A DNA stretch of 64,000 bases from Sumerlaeia bacterium (GTDB taxonomy: Bacteria > Sumerlaeota > Sumerlaeia > SLMS01 > JAHLLQ01): the NCBI GenBank assembly GCA_040219255.1, contig JAVJSW010000068.1, forward strand, positions 224,001 through 288,000. The letters are read 5' to 3'. Position 1 is the stretch's first letter. Every line of letters starts with the position of its first letter. The notes beneath the pieces were generated by a model. The model was not told the origin of the DNA. It did not search any database and was given only the letters and a program-made list of their open reading frames with translations. The position numbers were made by a program, and so were the translations under genes. Of the stretch, positions 39,201 to 47,971 are shown in pieces.

Positions 39201-42200
39201 TGCGAAATCGAAGACGATCGCGTTCAGCGACGCTTCATAGCCAAGCGTACCGGGCACCAGGATATCGTCGGCCGTTCCGGTGGAGCGGTCGGCTCCGTCG
39301 CGAACCAGGCTGAAGGAAATGTTGCCCAGGCTCGCGGGCACCACCGGCTCGTTGAACCCGGCCTGAATGCGCGAGAGCGGATTGGAGACCGAGGCGCTCG
39401 GTTCGGGATTCCGCCAGGCGATCACCGGACCGTTCACGTCGCGGTACTCGAACGTCCAGATGATCGGATCGGCCAAGGCGTTGCCAGCCTGATCGCGGAT
39501 TCCAGCGGGCAAGGTCACCCGGTAGATGCCGAACAGAAGAGGGTCTTCGAGGCCGATCGCCAGCGTCCCCGAAAGAGCCGAGGCATCGACCGAGGCCACC
39601 GCCGCGAAACCGTCGTCCCCGGTGTCGAAGGTGCCATCGGGTCCTTGGCCGCGCACCTCCACGGCGCCGGGTTGGATGTCAGCACCCTGCAGCGGTTCGT
39701 TGAAGATGGCCGTCAGGCCACTGACCGTGGTGGTGATAACGCTCTCGTCCGCGGGGAGGGTGAAGAGCAACTGAGGGGCGAAAACGTCGTCGGTCACGCC
39801 GACGGTGCTCGTCTCGCTGACGGTTGCGTTTCCGCCAGTATCAACGGCGCGAACGTGGAAGGTGAAGGTGGATTGGGCGCTGGCGAACGGCGCCCGGAAT
39901 TCGTACTCGTAGGGAGCCGTGCCATCGGTCAGGCGCAGAATGCCATCGCGGTGGAACTCCACGTTTCGCACCTGCACGTCGTCCGAGACCAAGGCACGGA
40001 TGCGGACCGGGCTGCGCTCCTCGACCTGCGGGTTGGCTCCCTTGACGGCGAAGTTCGTGTCGAGCGTCAGCACAGGTGGCGTATCGCCCAGGTCGGGCTC
40101 GAGGTAGCGGATGACCTGAAGTCCCGCCTCGCCGTCCGCCACATAGATCAGGCCATTGGCCAGGGCGATGCCGCGGGCGATGCCCGGCGTCACGAAGGAG
40201 GTCAGTGGCTTCTCTGAATCCGTCGGGTTCGACCAATCGTAGAGATCGACGTTGTGCGGGCCATCGGCGGTGCTGTTGGGCCCTGTCGCCACGACGCCGA
40301 AGCCATTGCCGTCGGGATAGCTGTCGAGCCAGCCGAAGGCGTCCGTTTCTGGCTGATCGGCCAGGACGGGTTCGAGCGGGTTGGCGAGGGTGAACAGGTT
40401 GTAGCCCTTGGAGAAGGTCGTGGCCAGCAGGGTACCGTCGGTCCGGATGCGGGCGCGCCCCAGGCTCCCAACCCCCGCATCATTTCGCAGCCCAGGAAAG
40501 GTGGAGACGACTTCGAGAACGGGGTCGAGAAGCAAGACGTGGATGTCGGTGCCCTCGCGCGCGTACAGCAGGCCCCGCGAAATCGTCACGTCCCTGACTT
40601 GCTGCTGGCCGACGGTCAGGGTCTGGACGATCTGGCCGCTGGCGAAGTCAACGGCGTGGATCGTTCCCCGGTTGGTGCCCGCATAGACCCGGTCGCCCCG
40701 CACGGCGAGGGACGTCACACTGGCGCTGCCCATCGTCGAAGTCGATATCTGGTGAATAATCCGGTCTCCGGAGACACCGGACGAATCGATGAGCGACAAC
40801 CCCGCGCCGCCCACGCCGGCGGCAGCCCGCCGCCGATCCGCCGCCAGGACTTGTGGTGTGGCGGGCAAGGCCACCTGGCCCACCAATTGGGGCGCCATGC
40901 CGCCAAAGGCGTTGAAGATCAACAGACCGGCTTTTTTATCGATCAGGAAAACGCGGCCGTCGCTGGTGGCCGCTTCGAAGACGTTTCCCGGCGTATCCAC
41001 GGAGGCCACGATGCCCACCGGAAGCGAGGAAATCTCGGCCGGATCGAGGCCCTGCTGAACCTCGGCGGCGTCGCTGATGCCGTCGCCGTCCGAGTCGGGA
41101 TCATTGGCGAGGGTGCCGACGATGAACTCGGCGTCGTCGGGCAAGCCGTCGCCGTCGCTGTCGGGCTCGGTGGAGGGCTCGTAGAGCAGGGCCGGAATGC
41201 TTGTCAGCTCGCCCGAGCCGGCGGTATGCACCGGCGCCGACACGGTGAAAAAAGTCACTGGATCGAGCCACGAGGCGATGAAGTTCGTGTCCGCCGGCAG
41301 CACCAGGTTCAGTGGCGTTCCGCCGAATTCGTTGTAGGCGCGAATCGGAGGCGCCGACCGGTTGTCCACGTTACGCAACACGACGTAGTAAGGCTTGTAT
41401 CGCGCATCCTGGCTCGGCTCGATCAGGGTTTCCTGCAAGTCCTCGATGACGGAATAGAGCCCGCGGCGGACTGCTTCGCCGAGCGTGCCTTGGTCCTGGG
41501 CGCCCTTCAGGCTCGATCCCCCACCGGAACCCCAGCGGTCGAGAATTGCCTGCGCCGCGTTGTCCAGCGCCACCAGACGCGCCTCGAAGTCAGCCAGATC
41601 GATGAAATCGGTGTTCATCCCCGGCGGAATATCGTCCACCGAGATCCAGCCATTACCCCAGTAATCCAGCGTCCGGTTCCACCGGTCGATGCGGGCCTGC
41701 ACGATGGCGGGTGTGATGTGCGCCGGCAGGTCCAGCGCCAGAATGGCGGCCGCTTCCTCCGCCGTGATCGGCGTGGCCTCCATGTCCGGGCCGTCCTGTG
41801 CGGCGTCGAAGGCCTCGGCCAGCACCATCATCTTCATGCGGTCTTCGATGGCGACTTCTTCGAGCCATTCACGGTCGCCATAGAAGCTCTGGATCGCCGT
41901 CGCGATGATGCCCAGTTGCGTTTGCAGGAACGCGATCTCCGCGTCCAGCCGCGCCAGTTCGGACTCCGAAAGCCCCTTGCGGCCCCCGCATGCGGCGATG
42001 GCCTGGCGCACGTTGTCCAGGCAATCGAAGGCGTTCCAGAGTTGGCCCACGATGGGCGTGCTGCTGATGGCGCAACCAATCACGCTGCCGATGGCGCCCT
42101 TCGTCAGCGCCCAACCACAGCCGCCCGCCGTGGCGCCGCCGTTCTGGGAAATGTCCGCCGAGCAATTGCGCGCCGCCGACGTCGCGTTACCCACGATGCC

Positions 42201-43826
42201 CTCGACGCAATTCAGCCCCGGAATCATGCCCAGCGTGCAATCGGCCGCCGCGTTCGCCACCGCCAGATCGCAATACAGGTCGTCTTCGTCGTCTCCGTTG
42301 TTGTCGCCGTCGCCCTGCCCGCCACCCGGACCGCCGGGGCCGGGGCCGGGCTGGGGGCCGCTGCCGGGGGCGCTGCCATGCCAGCCCGGTTCGAGAATCC
42401 CCACGCCCGGGTCGCTGCAAATCAGGCTCCCGTCCTCGCTCACCGTCATCGAACCCACGAGGCGGAACAGGCCGAGGTCGTGGTCGAAGCTCCACAGGCC
42501 CGACTTCTCACCCGGCGCGAGCGTCTCGCCCGTCGCCGGACTCGGCAGGTTCGGAAAGCAAACCGGCGCCGGAACGTCGAAGTTCTGCGGGCCATCGGTC
42601 TGCACGGTGATGACCACCGGGAAGTCCAGGCCTTCGGGCAGGGGCTCGGGCAGGCGATCCGGCGGAACCGGCGCCAGGCCCACGCGGCCGCCGCGCGACC
42701 CGTCGTCGTCGTAAAGCGAGTCCGCCGGCACGGTGATGCCGACGCCGGCGTATCCGGGGAATTCATCCAGCACGGCTTGAGGAAAACCGACCGCCGTGTC
42801 GGCCGTGTCGCTGACCACTTGCAGAGCCCCCGGCTCGATCAGCGGCAGGTAGATGTCGCCGATGACTGTCTCGACGCCCGGGTCGGCTTGCCAGCGCTTG
42901 CCGACGAACGGATAGTAGGGCCCCTGCGGGAACATCGTCGGGTTACCGTCCGGGTCCGCGGTCACGGTGCGGCCGTCGATATAGGCGAAGAATGGCCCGG
43001 TGGGGGCGCCTTCCAGGCGGAAATTGCCCATGTCGTCGGTCGTCGTGGCGATGGTGTCTTCGGCGCCCTGCACGAAAATGCGTACGCCTTCCAGGGGCCG
43101 ATTCAGGGTCATCGGTTCGCCGCCGGTGCCTTGTTCCAACTCCGACGCGAACACACGCCCCACCACCACGGTGCCGGGAATCACGGTCAGGCTTTGCGTG
43201 TCGAACCGGATCGAGCGCGGACCACTGACGAGCCCATCGCCGGTCGAGTCCACGGGGTTGCCCTCCGCGTCGCGCAGCAGATCGCCGTCGATGGTGACCC
43301 GGACGCGGGTGTTGGCGGGGAGCTGTTGCTGATAGAACAGAGTCACCGTCTGGCCGTCGGGCGAGACATGAAGCCGCGCCGGCAAACGGTCGCTGCCGTT
43401 CCTGGCGTAGATGGCGGCGCTGGTGATGGTGGCGGGATCGAGAGGGGCGCTGAAGCGCAGCACCGTCTCGCGGCTGACCGAAACGTTGCCTTCGCCATCG
43501 CCGGGATCCGTCGCCGTCAGGCTCGTGGACGCCAGCGGCAACGGAGTCGGCGTGGGCGTGGGGCTGCTCGTCGGAGTAGGAGTTGCCGTGGGCGTGGGCG
43601 TTGGGGTCGGGGTCGGCGTGGCGGCTATCTGAAACGCCACCGCGTCGGCGGCATCCAGGACGCCGTCGCTGTTGACATCAGTCCCGCCGGGGGTTCGCCC
43701 GAGCAGAGGATCGATGACCTCGGGCCTGATGCCAAAGGCCGCGTGGGCCTGATTGCCCGTTCCGCAAAGTGACACGGCCATTCCGGCCGCCAGGAGCGCT
43801 GGCGCAAATCGAGACCACAGAGCCAT
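36231..43826 (-). CDS. Giant secreted multidomain surface protein (about 2530 aa)
   Basis: Signal peptide from MALWSR, dockerin-like DVNSDGVLDAADA, a PT linker, Ig-like repeats, DSDGDG calcium motifs, LVIVD-like repeats and C-terminal IARWDG beta-propeller repeats. Confidence 0.85.
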   Translation of the reverse strand: MALWSRFAPALLAAGMAVSLCGTGNQAHAAFGIRPEVIDPLLGRTPGGTDVNSDGVLDAADAVAFQIAATPTPTPTPTPTATPTPTSSPTPTPTPLPLASTSLTATDPGDGEGNVSVSRETVLRFSAPLDPATITSAAIYARNGSDRLPARLHVSPDGQTVTLFYQQQLPANTRVRVTIDGDLLRDAEGNPVDSTGDGLVSGPRSIRFDTQSLTVIPGTVVVGRVFASELEQGTGGEPMTLNRPLEGVRIFVQGAEDTIATTTDDMGNFRLEGAPTGPFFAYIDGRTVTADPDGNPTMFPQGPYYPFVGKRWQADPGVETVIGDIYLPLIEPGALQVVSDTADTAVGFPQAVLDEFPGYAGVGITVPADSLYDDDGSRGGRVGLAPVPPDRLPEPLPEGLDFPVVITVQTDGPQNFDVPAPVCFPNLPSPATGETLAPGEKSGLWSFDHDLGLFRLVGSMTVSEDGSLICSDPGVGILEPGWHGSAPGSGPQPGPGPGGPGGGQGDGDNNGDDEDDLYCDLAVANAAADCTLGMIPGLNCVEGIVGNATSAARNCSADISQNGGATAGGCGWALTKGAIGSVIGCAISSTPIVGQLWNAFDCLDNVRQAIAACGGRKGLSESELARLDAEIAFLQTQLGIIATAIQSFYGDREWLEEVAIEDRMKMMVLAEAFDAAQDGPDMEATPITAEEAAAILALDLPAHITPAIVQARIDRWNRTLDYWGNGWISVDDIPPGMNTDFIDLADFEARLVALDNAAQAILDRWGSGGGSSLKGAQDQGTLGEAVRRGLYSVIEDLQETLIEPSQDARYKPYYVVLRNVDNRSAPPIRAYNEFGGTPLNLVLPADTNFIASWLDPVTFFTVSAPVHTAGSGELTSIPALLYEPSTEPDSDGDGLPDDAEFIVGTLANDPDSDGDGISDAAEVQQGLDPAEISSLPVGIVASVDTPGNVFEAATSDGRVFLIDKKAGLLIFNAFGGMAPQLVGQVALPATPQVLAADRRRAAAGVGGAGLSLIDSSGVSGDRIIHQISTSTMGSASVTSLAVRGDRVYAGTNRGTIHAVDFASGQIVQTLTVGQQQVRDVTISRGLLYAREGTDIHVLLLDPVLEVVSTFPGLRNDAGVGSLGRARIRTDGTLLATTFSKGYNLFTLANPLEPVLADQPETDAFGWLDSYPDGNGFGVVATGPNSTADGPHNVDLYDWSNPTDSEKPLTSFVTPGIARGIALANGLIYVADGEAGLQVIRYLEPDLGDTPPVLTLDTNFAVKGANPQVEERSPVRIRALVSDDVQVRNVEFHRDGILRLTDGTAPYEYEFRAPFASAQSTFTFHVRAVDTGGNATVSETSTVGVTDDVFAPQLLFTLPADESVITTTVSGLTAIFNEPLQGADIQPGAVEVRGQGPDGTFDTGDDGFAAVASVDASALSGTLAIGLEDPLLFGIYRVTLPAGIRDQAGNALADPIIWTFEYRDVNGPVIAWRNPEPSASVSNPLSRIQAGFNEPVVPASLGNISFSLVRDGADRSTGTADDILVPGTLGYEASLNAIVFDFAANPVRNDRVRAVLGGTASDLAGNVRAISSTWNLTAGNPNPPNVTSIAPEGFVSAVTRVEAVFPQALDPASVNLNSFQLFNAGADGVLHSADDTPVRTGVAGYEEATRTAFMSFPGALPTGEYRVSLQEPLAYANGNPTGAALEWSFTAYQLNLASTVTGRLILEDDNSAAPGVELALRIPSLEAEFVMGTSDASGVFTFTQVPSEFGDVKLVVNDEIDGATLAATLDPFPVVAGGTTDLGDVVLRPLCPEQFTPGRFPLPNPLDIVRAIHPYEFDGEPVLVVGTDNYTWAWDGRDYRPFGLTSTAGIQDFAVADLGGGEALYALGALRNGGRGILKWDPAEERWTLAPGLIGLGLPPTEMVAHDDGSGVALFIGGTGFTINSTFYRGVAKYDGATLTPVGGEFGHSVPASLRIEDLESFDGDLYVSGWIESIGGQPIAGIAKWDGASWTNLGSGLAGFTSTSGIRAGAYDLDVWDDGSGPALFAAGNFDMAGGNPANNIAKWNGLTWSALGGGTNALIRQIAETNIGGSNRLAAIGTFTMVDGETTQKVAYWNGSDWIAEPAVVISTAVFDSGVTAMESYDPGGDERLYIGGSMQGPEELRWRYLGSWDGTESLPVGRGVNDTVHGLFAWDDGGGDDLYVTGEFIHAGQEASAFVARWDGTDFDPIGGFQFERRGQFRGNCFAAFDDGLTETLYLGGAFDLLGSDEPSNSIARWDGTVWQSVGGGLGQSGDTVNAMLVFDDGSGPALYVAGDFDKVGGPNGIDAVGIARWNGFEWSGVGGGMGSGGVGNEFTIFDAGNGPELYIGGRFTEIGGKAILALARWDGSQWRGVDGGVVANTVANTAVSALAVYDSGAGPELVVSGTFNRAGGLNFAGMARWNGSRWTDVGGQNQTATAFHVFDNEEGPELYAVGSLFLLPVGTAINGARWNGTEWKSVLGTTGMRFSDSAFAMETYDSGDGPGLVFGGKFISVDGFVSPFLAEWKRPARPCP

Positions 43827-43985
43827 GGCTGCGTCCCCCCATATCCGATCGATGGCGGCCCATGCACCGCTCCCAATGCGGGGTCGGCGGAAAAAGGGCC
43901 AGCTCAATACAATATGGAGGAAACTTTAGAGTCTGTGGCCAGAGAATGCAACCCAACGAATCGGTTCGCGGAAAAAAACCGGACC

Positions 43986-45743
43986 CTACTCCTCCGTCAA
44001 CGCCGTCCACCACTCGTCCGCCGCCGCGTGGCGCCGCACGTTCGTGGCGCAGTGCACGTTGCCGCACCACTTGTGGTATTGCTCGTCGTTGACGAAGAAC
44101 ACCTTCACCGGCAGGTCCTTCAGCCGCGCCCGCAGGTCCGCTTCCAGCACATCGCGCCCGTCCACCACCGGTCCCTCAGGCGCGGGGACGATCACCATGT
44201 CGCCCAGAATCACCGAGTTCACCATGTTCGGCACCATCGAGCGGCCGTCCTTCTCGTAGAAGGCGGGCACGCGGACGATGTCGCGGGGGGCGACGCCGAA
44301 TTCGGACTGGATTTTCTCGACCAGCGGGTCCAGGTATTTCGCCTGCACGTCTTCGTTATAGGCGATCAGTTCCTCGTCCGCCAGGAACGACGCCACCGTC
44401 ATCTCTTCCTTGTAGGTGCTAAGCAGCGGCGCGTCCTTGTCGGCGTCGGTGTCGAGGCGGCGCATGATCTTGAGCATCTCGCGCACGTTGGGCACCATCG
44501 CCACAAAGGGCCGCTCCGGGTCGCCCGTCGGCAGGAAGGAAATCAGCTCGTCCACGTGCTTGATGAGAAGGAACGTCACGTCGATGGGCAGGGCCGGGCC
44601 TTGGATTGCCTGGGCGTCGATCATGGCGACGACTTCCGGGTTCAGGGAGGCGCCGTTGTCCGCCACACCATAGTACACGCGGCCAAAGGGATAGCCGGGG
44701 ATCGGTGGCGTCGCCTCCAGGTTGCCGTACCAGTCGATCCAGGACGCGTCACCTTCGCCATCGCCGGCACCGTACTGCGGGCGATAGGTGCCTTTGCTGA
44801 ACCAGCCGAAGTCGGGTCCGAGAAGCTGCTCGCGGGGGAAACGGTCCAGCGACTTGTTGCGGTTGCTCGGCAGAACCACGCTCATGCGGACGTCCGGCCG
44901 GTGTTGGGTGTAGCCGATCTCCATCGTGTCTTGCAGCCAGATGTTCCATGCGTCGTAGGGCGCCGACGCGGGCACGATGTGAAGCTCGGTGTTGGCGGCC
45001 GGGACGATGGTCTTGAGCTGGGAAATCAGCTCGTCGTTGCGTTCGGCGAACTCGCGCACGTACAGCGTCTGGGGCCCGTCCAGGCTCGACAGCATGATCC
45101 AGGGCGCCACGCGAAGCGCCACCGTGTCGGTCACTTCCAGGCCGTCCTCGTGACGCAGCGTCACCTTGACCTCCACCACGCCGTTCCAGTCCGCATCGGC
45201 GAAGGACTTGGCTTCCATCCCGAAGCGGAACGCGCCACGGCTGACAGGGCCGTCGAGGCTATAGGCCTCGCTGCCATCGAGCGGCACGGTCTGGACGTCG
45301 GTTTTTTCCTCGGCCACGGGGCCGAAGAGGCGCACCTGGGCGCGGGCCGGTTCGGGGACCTCGAAGGCGATGGACACGGCGCCGGGCTGGGTCGAGACCG
45401 CGCGCAGTTCCAGATAAGACAGATCGCGAAAATCGGCCGGGCCATTGATCCGGTCGTCTGCATGGTCGGGATCGCCGGTGTCCTGATCGCTGTCGCAATT
45501 GTTCAGAACGAGCGCGCCGTGAGTCAGGGATGCGCGGTGCCGCCCCCGCAAGTCCGCCTCGGTCAACGAACCGTCGCGGTCGGTGTCGCCGAAGAGGGTC
45601 ACTTCCAGCGCGGGATCGGGGGCGGAGGGGACCTCCGAGTCAACCGGCTGCGAGACCTGGGAGAATGCGGGCGCGGCCGCCAAAGCGGCCAGGGCGGTCC
45701 ATGTGCGGAGGGCCGGCAGCCGGCCCGCCTGATGGGTAACCAT
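43986..45743 (-). CDS. Secreted protein-arginine deiminase (PADI family)
   Basis: GALVLNNCDSD, RVAPWIM, WLQD, GNLEATPP, GRVYYG, HVDE, PNMVN and GNVHCATNVRR match the PAD motifs. Signal peptide present. Confidence 0.9.
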   Translation of the reverse strand: MVTHQAGRLPALRTWTALAALAAAPAFSQVSQPVDSEVPSAPDPALEVTLFGDTDRDGSLTEADLRGRHRASLTHGALVLNNCDSDQDTGDPDHADDRINGPADFRDLSYLELRAVSTQPGAVSIAFEVPEPARAQVRLFGPVAEEKTDVQTVPLDGSEAYSLDGPVSRGAFRFGMEAKSFADADWNGVVEVKVTLRHEDGLEVTDTVALRVAPWIMLSSLDGPQTLYVREFAERNDELISQLKTIVPAANTELHIVPASAPYDAWNIWLQDTMEIGYTQHRPDVRMSVVLPSNRNKSLDRFPREQLLGPDFGWFSKGTYRPQYGAGDGEGDASWIDWYGNLEATPPIPGYPFGRVYYGVADNGASLNPEVVAMIDAQAIQGPALPIDVTFLLIKHVDELISFLPTGDPERPFVAMVPNVREMLKIMRRLDTDADKDAPLLSTYKEEMTVASFLADEELIAYNEDVQAKYLDPLVEKIQSEFGVAPRDIVRVPAFYEKDGRSMVPNMVNSVILGDMVIVPAPEGPVVDGRDVLEADLRARLKDLPVKVFFVNDEQYHKWCGNVHCATNVRRHAAADEWWTALTEE

Positions 45744-46118
45744 GAGAAAACCTTTCTTTTCTTCCGGGACTTCCGATGGAATTTGGCTCGGTCTTCCGAA
45801 CGTTCCCCCAATGCACGGCGGACCCACCAAACCGAGCGCCAATCGGGGACTGGCGCTGGAGAGCCGAGGCTGGCCGCCGTACCAAACGACGCGGGAACGA
45901 TCCGATAGAAAACCGCCAGGAAGTCCGAAAATGATGACACAACCTGGCGGAACGGGCTCGCGCGATCAAGGGGAAAGCGGCGCGGGGAGGCGGGGAGGAG
46001 AATTGGCCGCCGATGAATGCAAGAAATGGGATCGGAGATTGAGCTTCTCCTTATCCAATTCATCCCACTTATCCGCGGCCAAAAACAAAAAAGGCGGGCC
46101 GGCCCGGCCATCATCCCC

Positions 46119-47273
46119 CTAAGAGGCGCGCCTGGGTTTCATCAAGAAAAAGCCGAGGGCCGCCACGAGAACGGCGAAGCCGCCGAGGAAACCGTAGCGG
46201 AGGAGGTTGTTGGATCCGCCGGAAGCGTCACCGGAGATGGCCGCCTCGGTTTGGGGGACTTGCGGGGCGGGGGAAGGTTGGGCGGCATCCCCTCGGGCGG
46301 GGGATGAAGCCGGTTCGATTTCAGGATCCGCCACGGCATCGAGGTCGTTGTCTTTGACGAGGGCGGCGAGGTCTTCGATGGGGGCCAATTTCAGTTGGTA
46401 GCGGTCGATGGCTTCGTAATATCGGCCCGCTTCGACCAGCTCCCGGTCGAGTCTATGGACCGGAAAGGCGTCTTTGATGCGGTGATCGTAGATGGAGAAT
46501 TGGTCGGTGTAGGGGATCTTGACTCTGAAGTCTTGTGTCTCGAGGTCCCTTGGCACCTCGAACTTCTCTATAGCAAAGACCTCCTCAAACATGCCTTCTG
46601 TTGCCGGCTGTGTCCGAGTTATCAACTTTGGGAGCGACATTTCTCCAAAGGAAGTCCAGTCGGAGTAAAGAGTGCTGCTCACAAGGGCGCCATCTTGCTC
46701 TGTGATCGTTATTTCTTCGAATTGATGTGGATTCCTAGGATTCAGGTGCAAGCGGACTGTTTCATAGTCATCCGTCATTACCACCGTGTCATTGGTGGAA
46801 TCGAGATCGATTCGATCAAAGTTCTTATAGCTAGCCAAGAGTCCACTATGCATAAACTTCGCTATGAGTTCTGTCTTATCGGCCTCGAATTTCTCTGGTC
46901 CGATCTGGTACATGAGGTATGTGGGAATACCGTCATCCGGAATCTCGAAGTGGGATGGCAGACCCGCATAGACGGCGACAGTTCCATCCCAGGACGCGAC
47001 GTATCTTGTTGTATTGCCATCCTCTTCAACAAATATCTTTTCAACTTGATAGAATTCCCCGAGCTTTTCGATACGAAAGGACTTAAAAACTTGAATGGGC
47101 TTTGCGCCGGGAATTACATAGTAGTGTTCAAGGTCAGCGCTATATTGCTCAAAACGCTCAGGCGAGTACAGCACTGACAGTTCCGATAAAATTGAATGTC
47201 CGTTTTCCGCGGTGGCGGGCGAAAAACTAATTACAAAGGACATGAGAAGGAGTAAAATGATGGTGAATTTCAT
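46119..47273 (-). CDS. Exported hypothetical protein with C-terminal membrane anchor
   Basis: Signal peptide MKFTIILLLL..., Pro/Ala linker, TM GFLGGFAVLVAALGFFL and a basic tail KPRRAS. Confidence 0.8.
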   Translation of the reverse strand: MKFTIILLLLMSFVISFSPATAENGHSILSELSVLYSPERFEQYSADLEHYYVIPGAKPIQVFKSFRIEKLGEFYQVEKIFVEEDGNTTRYVASWDGTVAVYAGLPSHFEIPDDGIPTYLMYQIGPEKFEADKTELIAKFMHSGLLASYKNFDRIDLDSTNDTVVMTDDYETVRLHLNPRNPHQFEEITITEQDGALVSSTLYSDWTSFGEMSLPKLITRTQPATEGMFEEVFAIEKFEVPRDLETQDFRVKIPYTDQFSIYDHRIKDAFPVHRLDRELVEAGRYYEAIDRYQLKLAPIEDLAALVKDNDLDAVADPEIEPASSPARGDAAQPSPAPQVPQTEAAISGDASGGSNNLLRYGFLGGFAVLVAALGFFLMKPRRAS

Positions 47274-47384
47274 AATTTGTCACTTTCGAGCTGACATGAT
47301 TTTTTATTGAATAAAAAAAATGGCGAAAGACATCGCTCTCGCCAACCGTATAGAACTGACAAGGGAGGAGGCTCGCCCGTCAGA

Positions 47385-47798
47385 CTAGCAACCTCCGCTT
47401 GAGCATGTGTAGTAGAAAGAATTTGAGGGACCGGTCTCTTCACAAACCCAGCGCGCCCTTGTCTCGCAACCCCCAGGAGCATAAACTTCGCACTCGATCG
47501 AGTCTCTAACCAAGTTCCTCGCTGTGCCGTAGTTGGGGTGGCGCTCAATACAACAATTGTCACCTTGTCCACCCGTAACGCATTCGGGCGCATCACCGCT
47601 CACGGAATCGGAACTGCAAGTACCATGGGCAGGTTCGCAAGAGGAATTGCAGCTACTCGGCTGATTCTTGCCTGCAACTGGTTCTTGGTTCTCCCCCTGG
47701 CAAACCTTGCAGTTTCCAGCGAGGCTGAAGGTGGGGATGAGAAGGGCGGCCGTGACGAGGAGGGCCGCCGAGGTCTTGATGAATGGGGAGAGCTTCAT
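47385..47798 (-). CDS. Secreted cysteine-rich small protein (13 Cys)
   Basis: Signal peptide MKLSPFIKTSAALLVTAALLIPTFSLA, then a mature part of about 110 aa ending YTCSSGGC. GGAG lies upstream. Confidence 0.8.
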   Translation of the reverse strand: MKLSPFIKTSAALLVTAALLIPTFSLAGNCKVCQGENQEPVAGKNQPSSCNSSCEPAHGTCSSDSVSGDAPECVTGGQGDNCCIERHPNYGTARNLVRDSIECEVYAPGGCETRARWVCEETGPSNSFYYTCSSGGC

Positions 47799-47971
47799 AA
47801 GCGAACTTTCCCACTCCATTTTTGATGATGGGAAACACATCGGTTATTCCTCGCGGTCTGCCAACTCGTTTTCCGGGACGGACGGATTGCTCTCTTGTCA
47901 TAGAAATGTCCCGGTCGAACGGCGGCCATGAATCCGCGACCTCCGCGGCTTCGCGCCACCGTTGCGCCCCC

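Noticed and set aside
43540-43625. Tandem nucleotide repeats that could suggest an array
   Set aside because: They encode the Pro-Thr linker of the giant protein. No repeat-spacer CRISPR structure was seen anywhere in the window.
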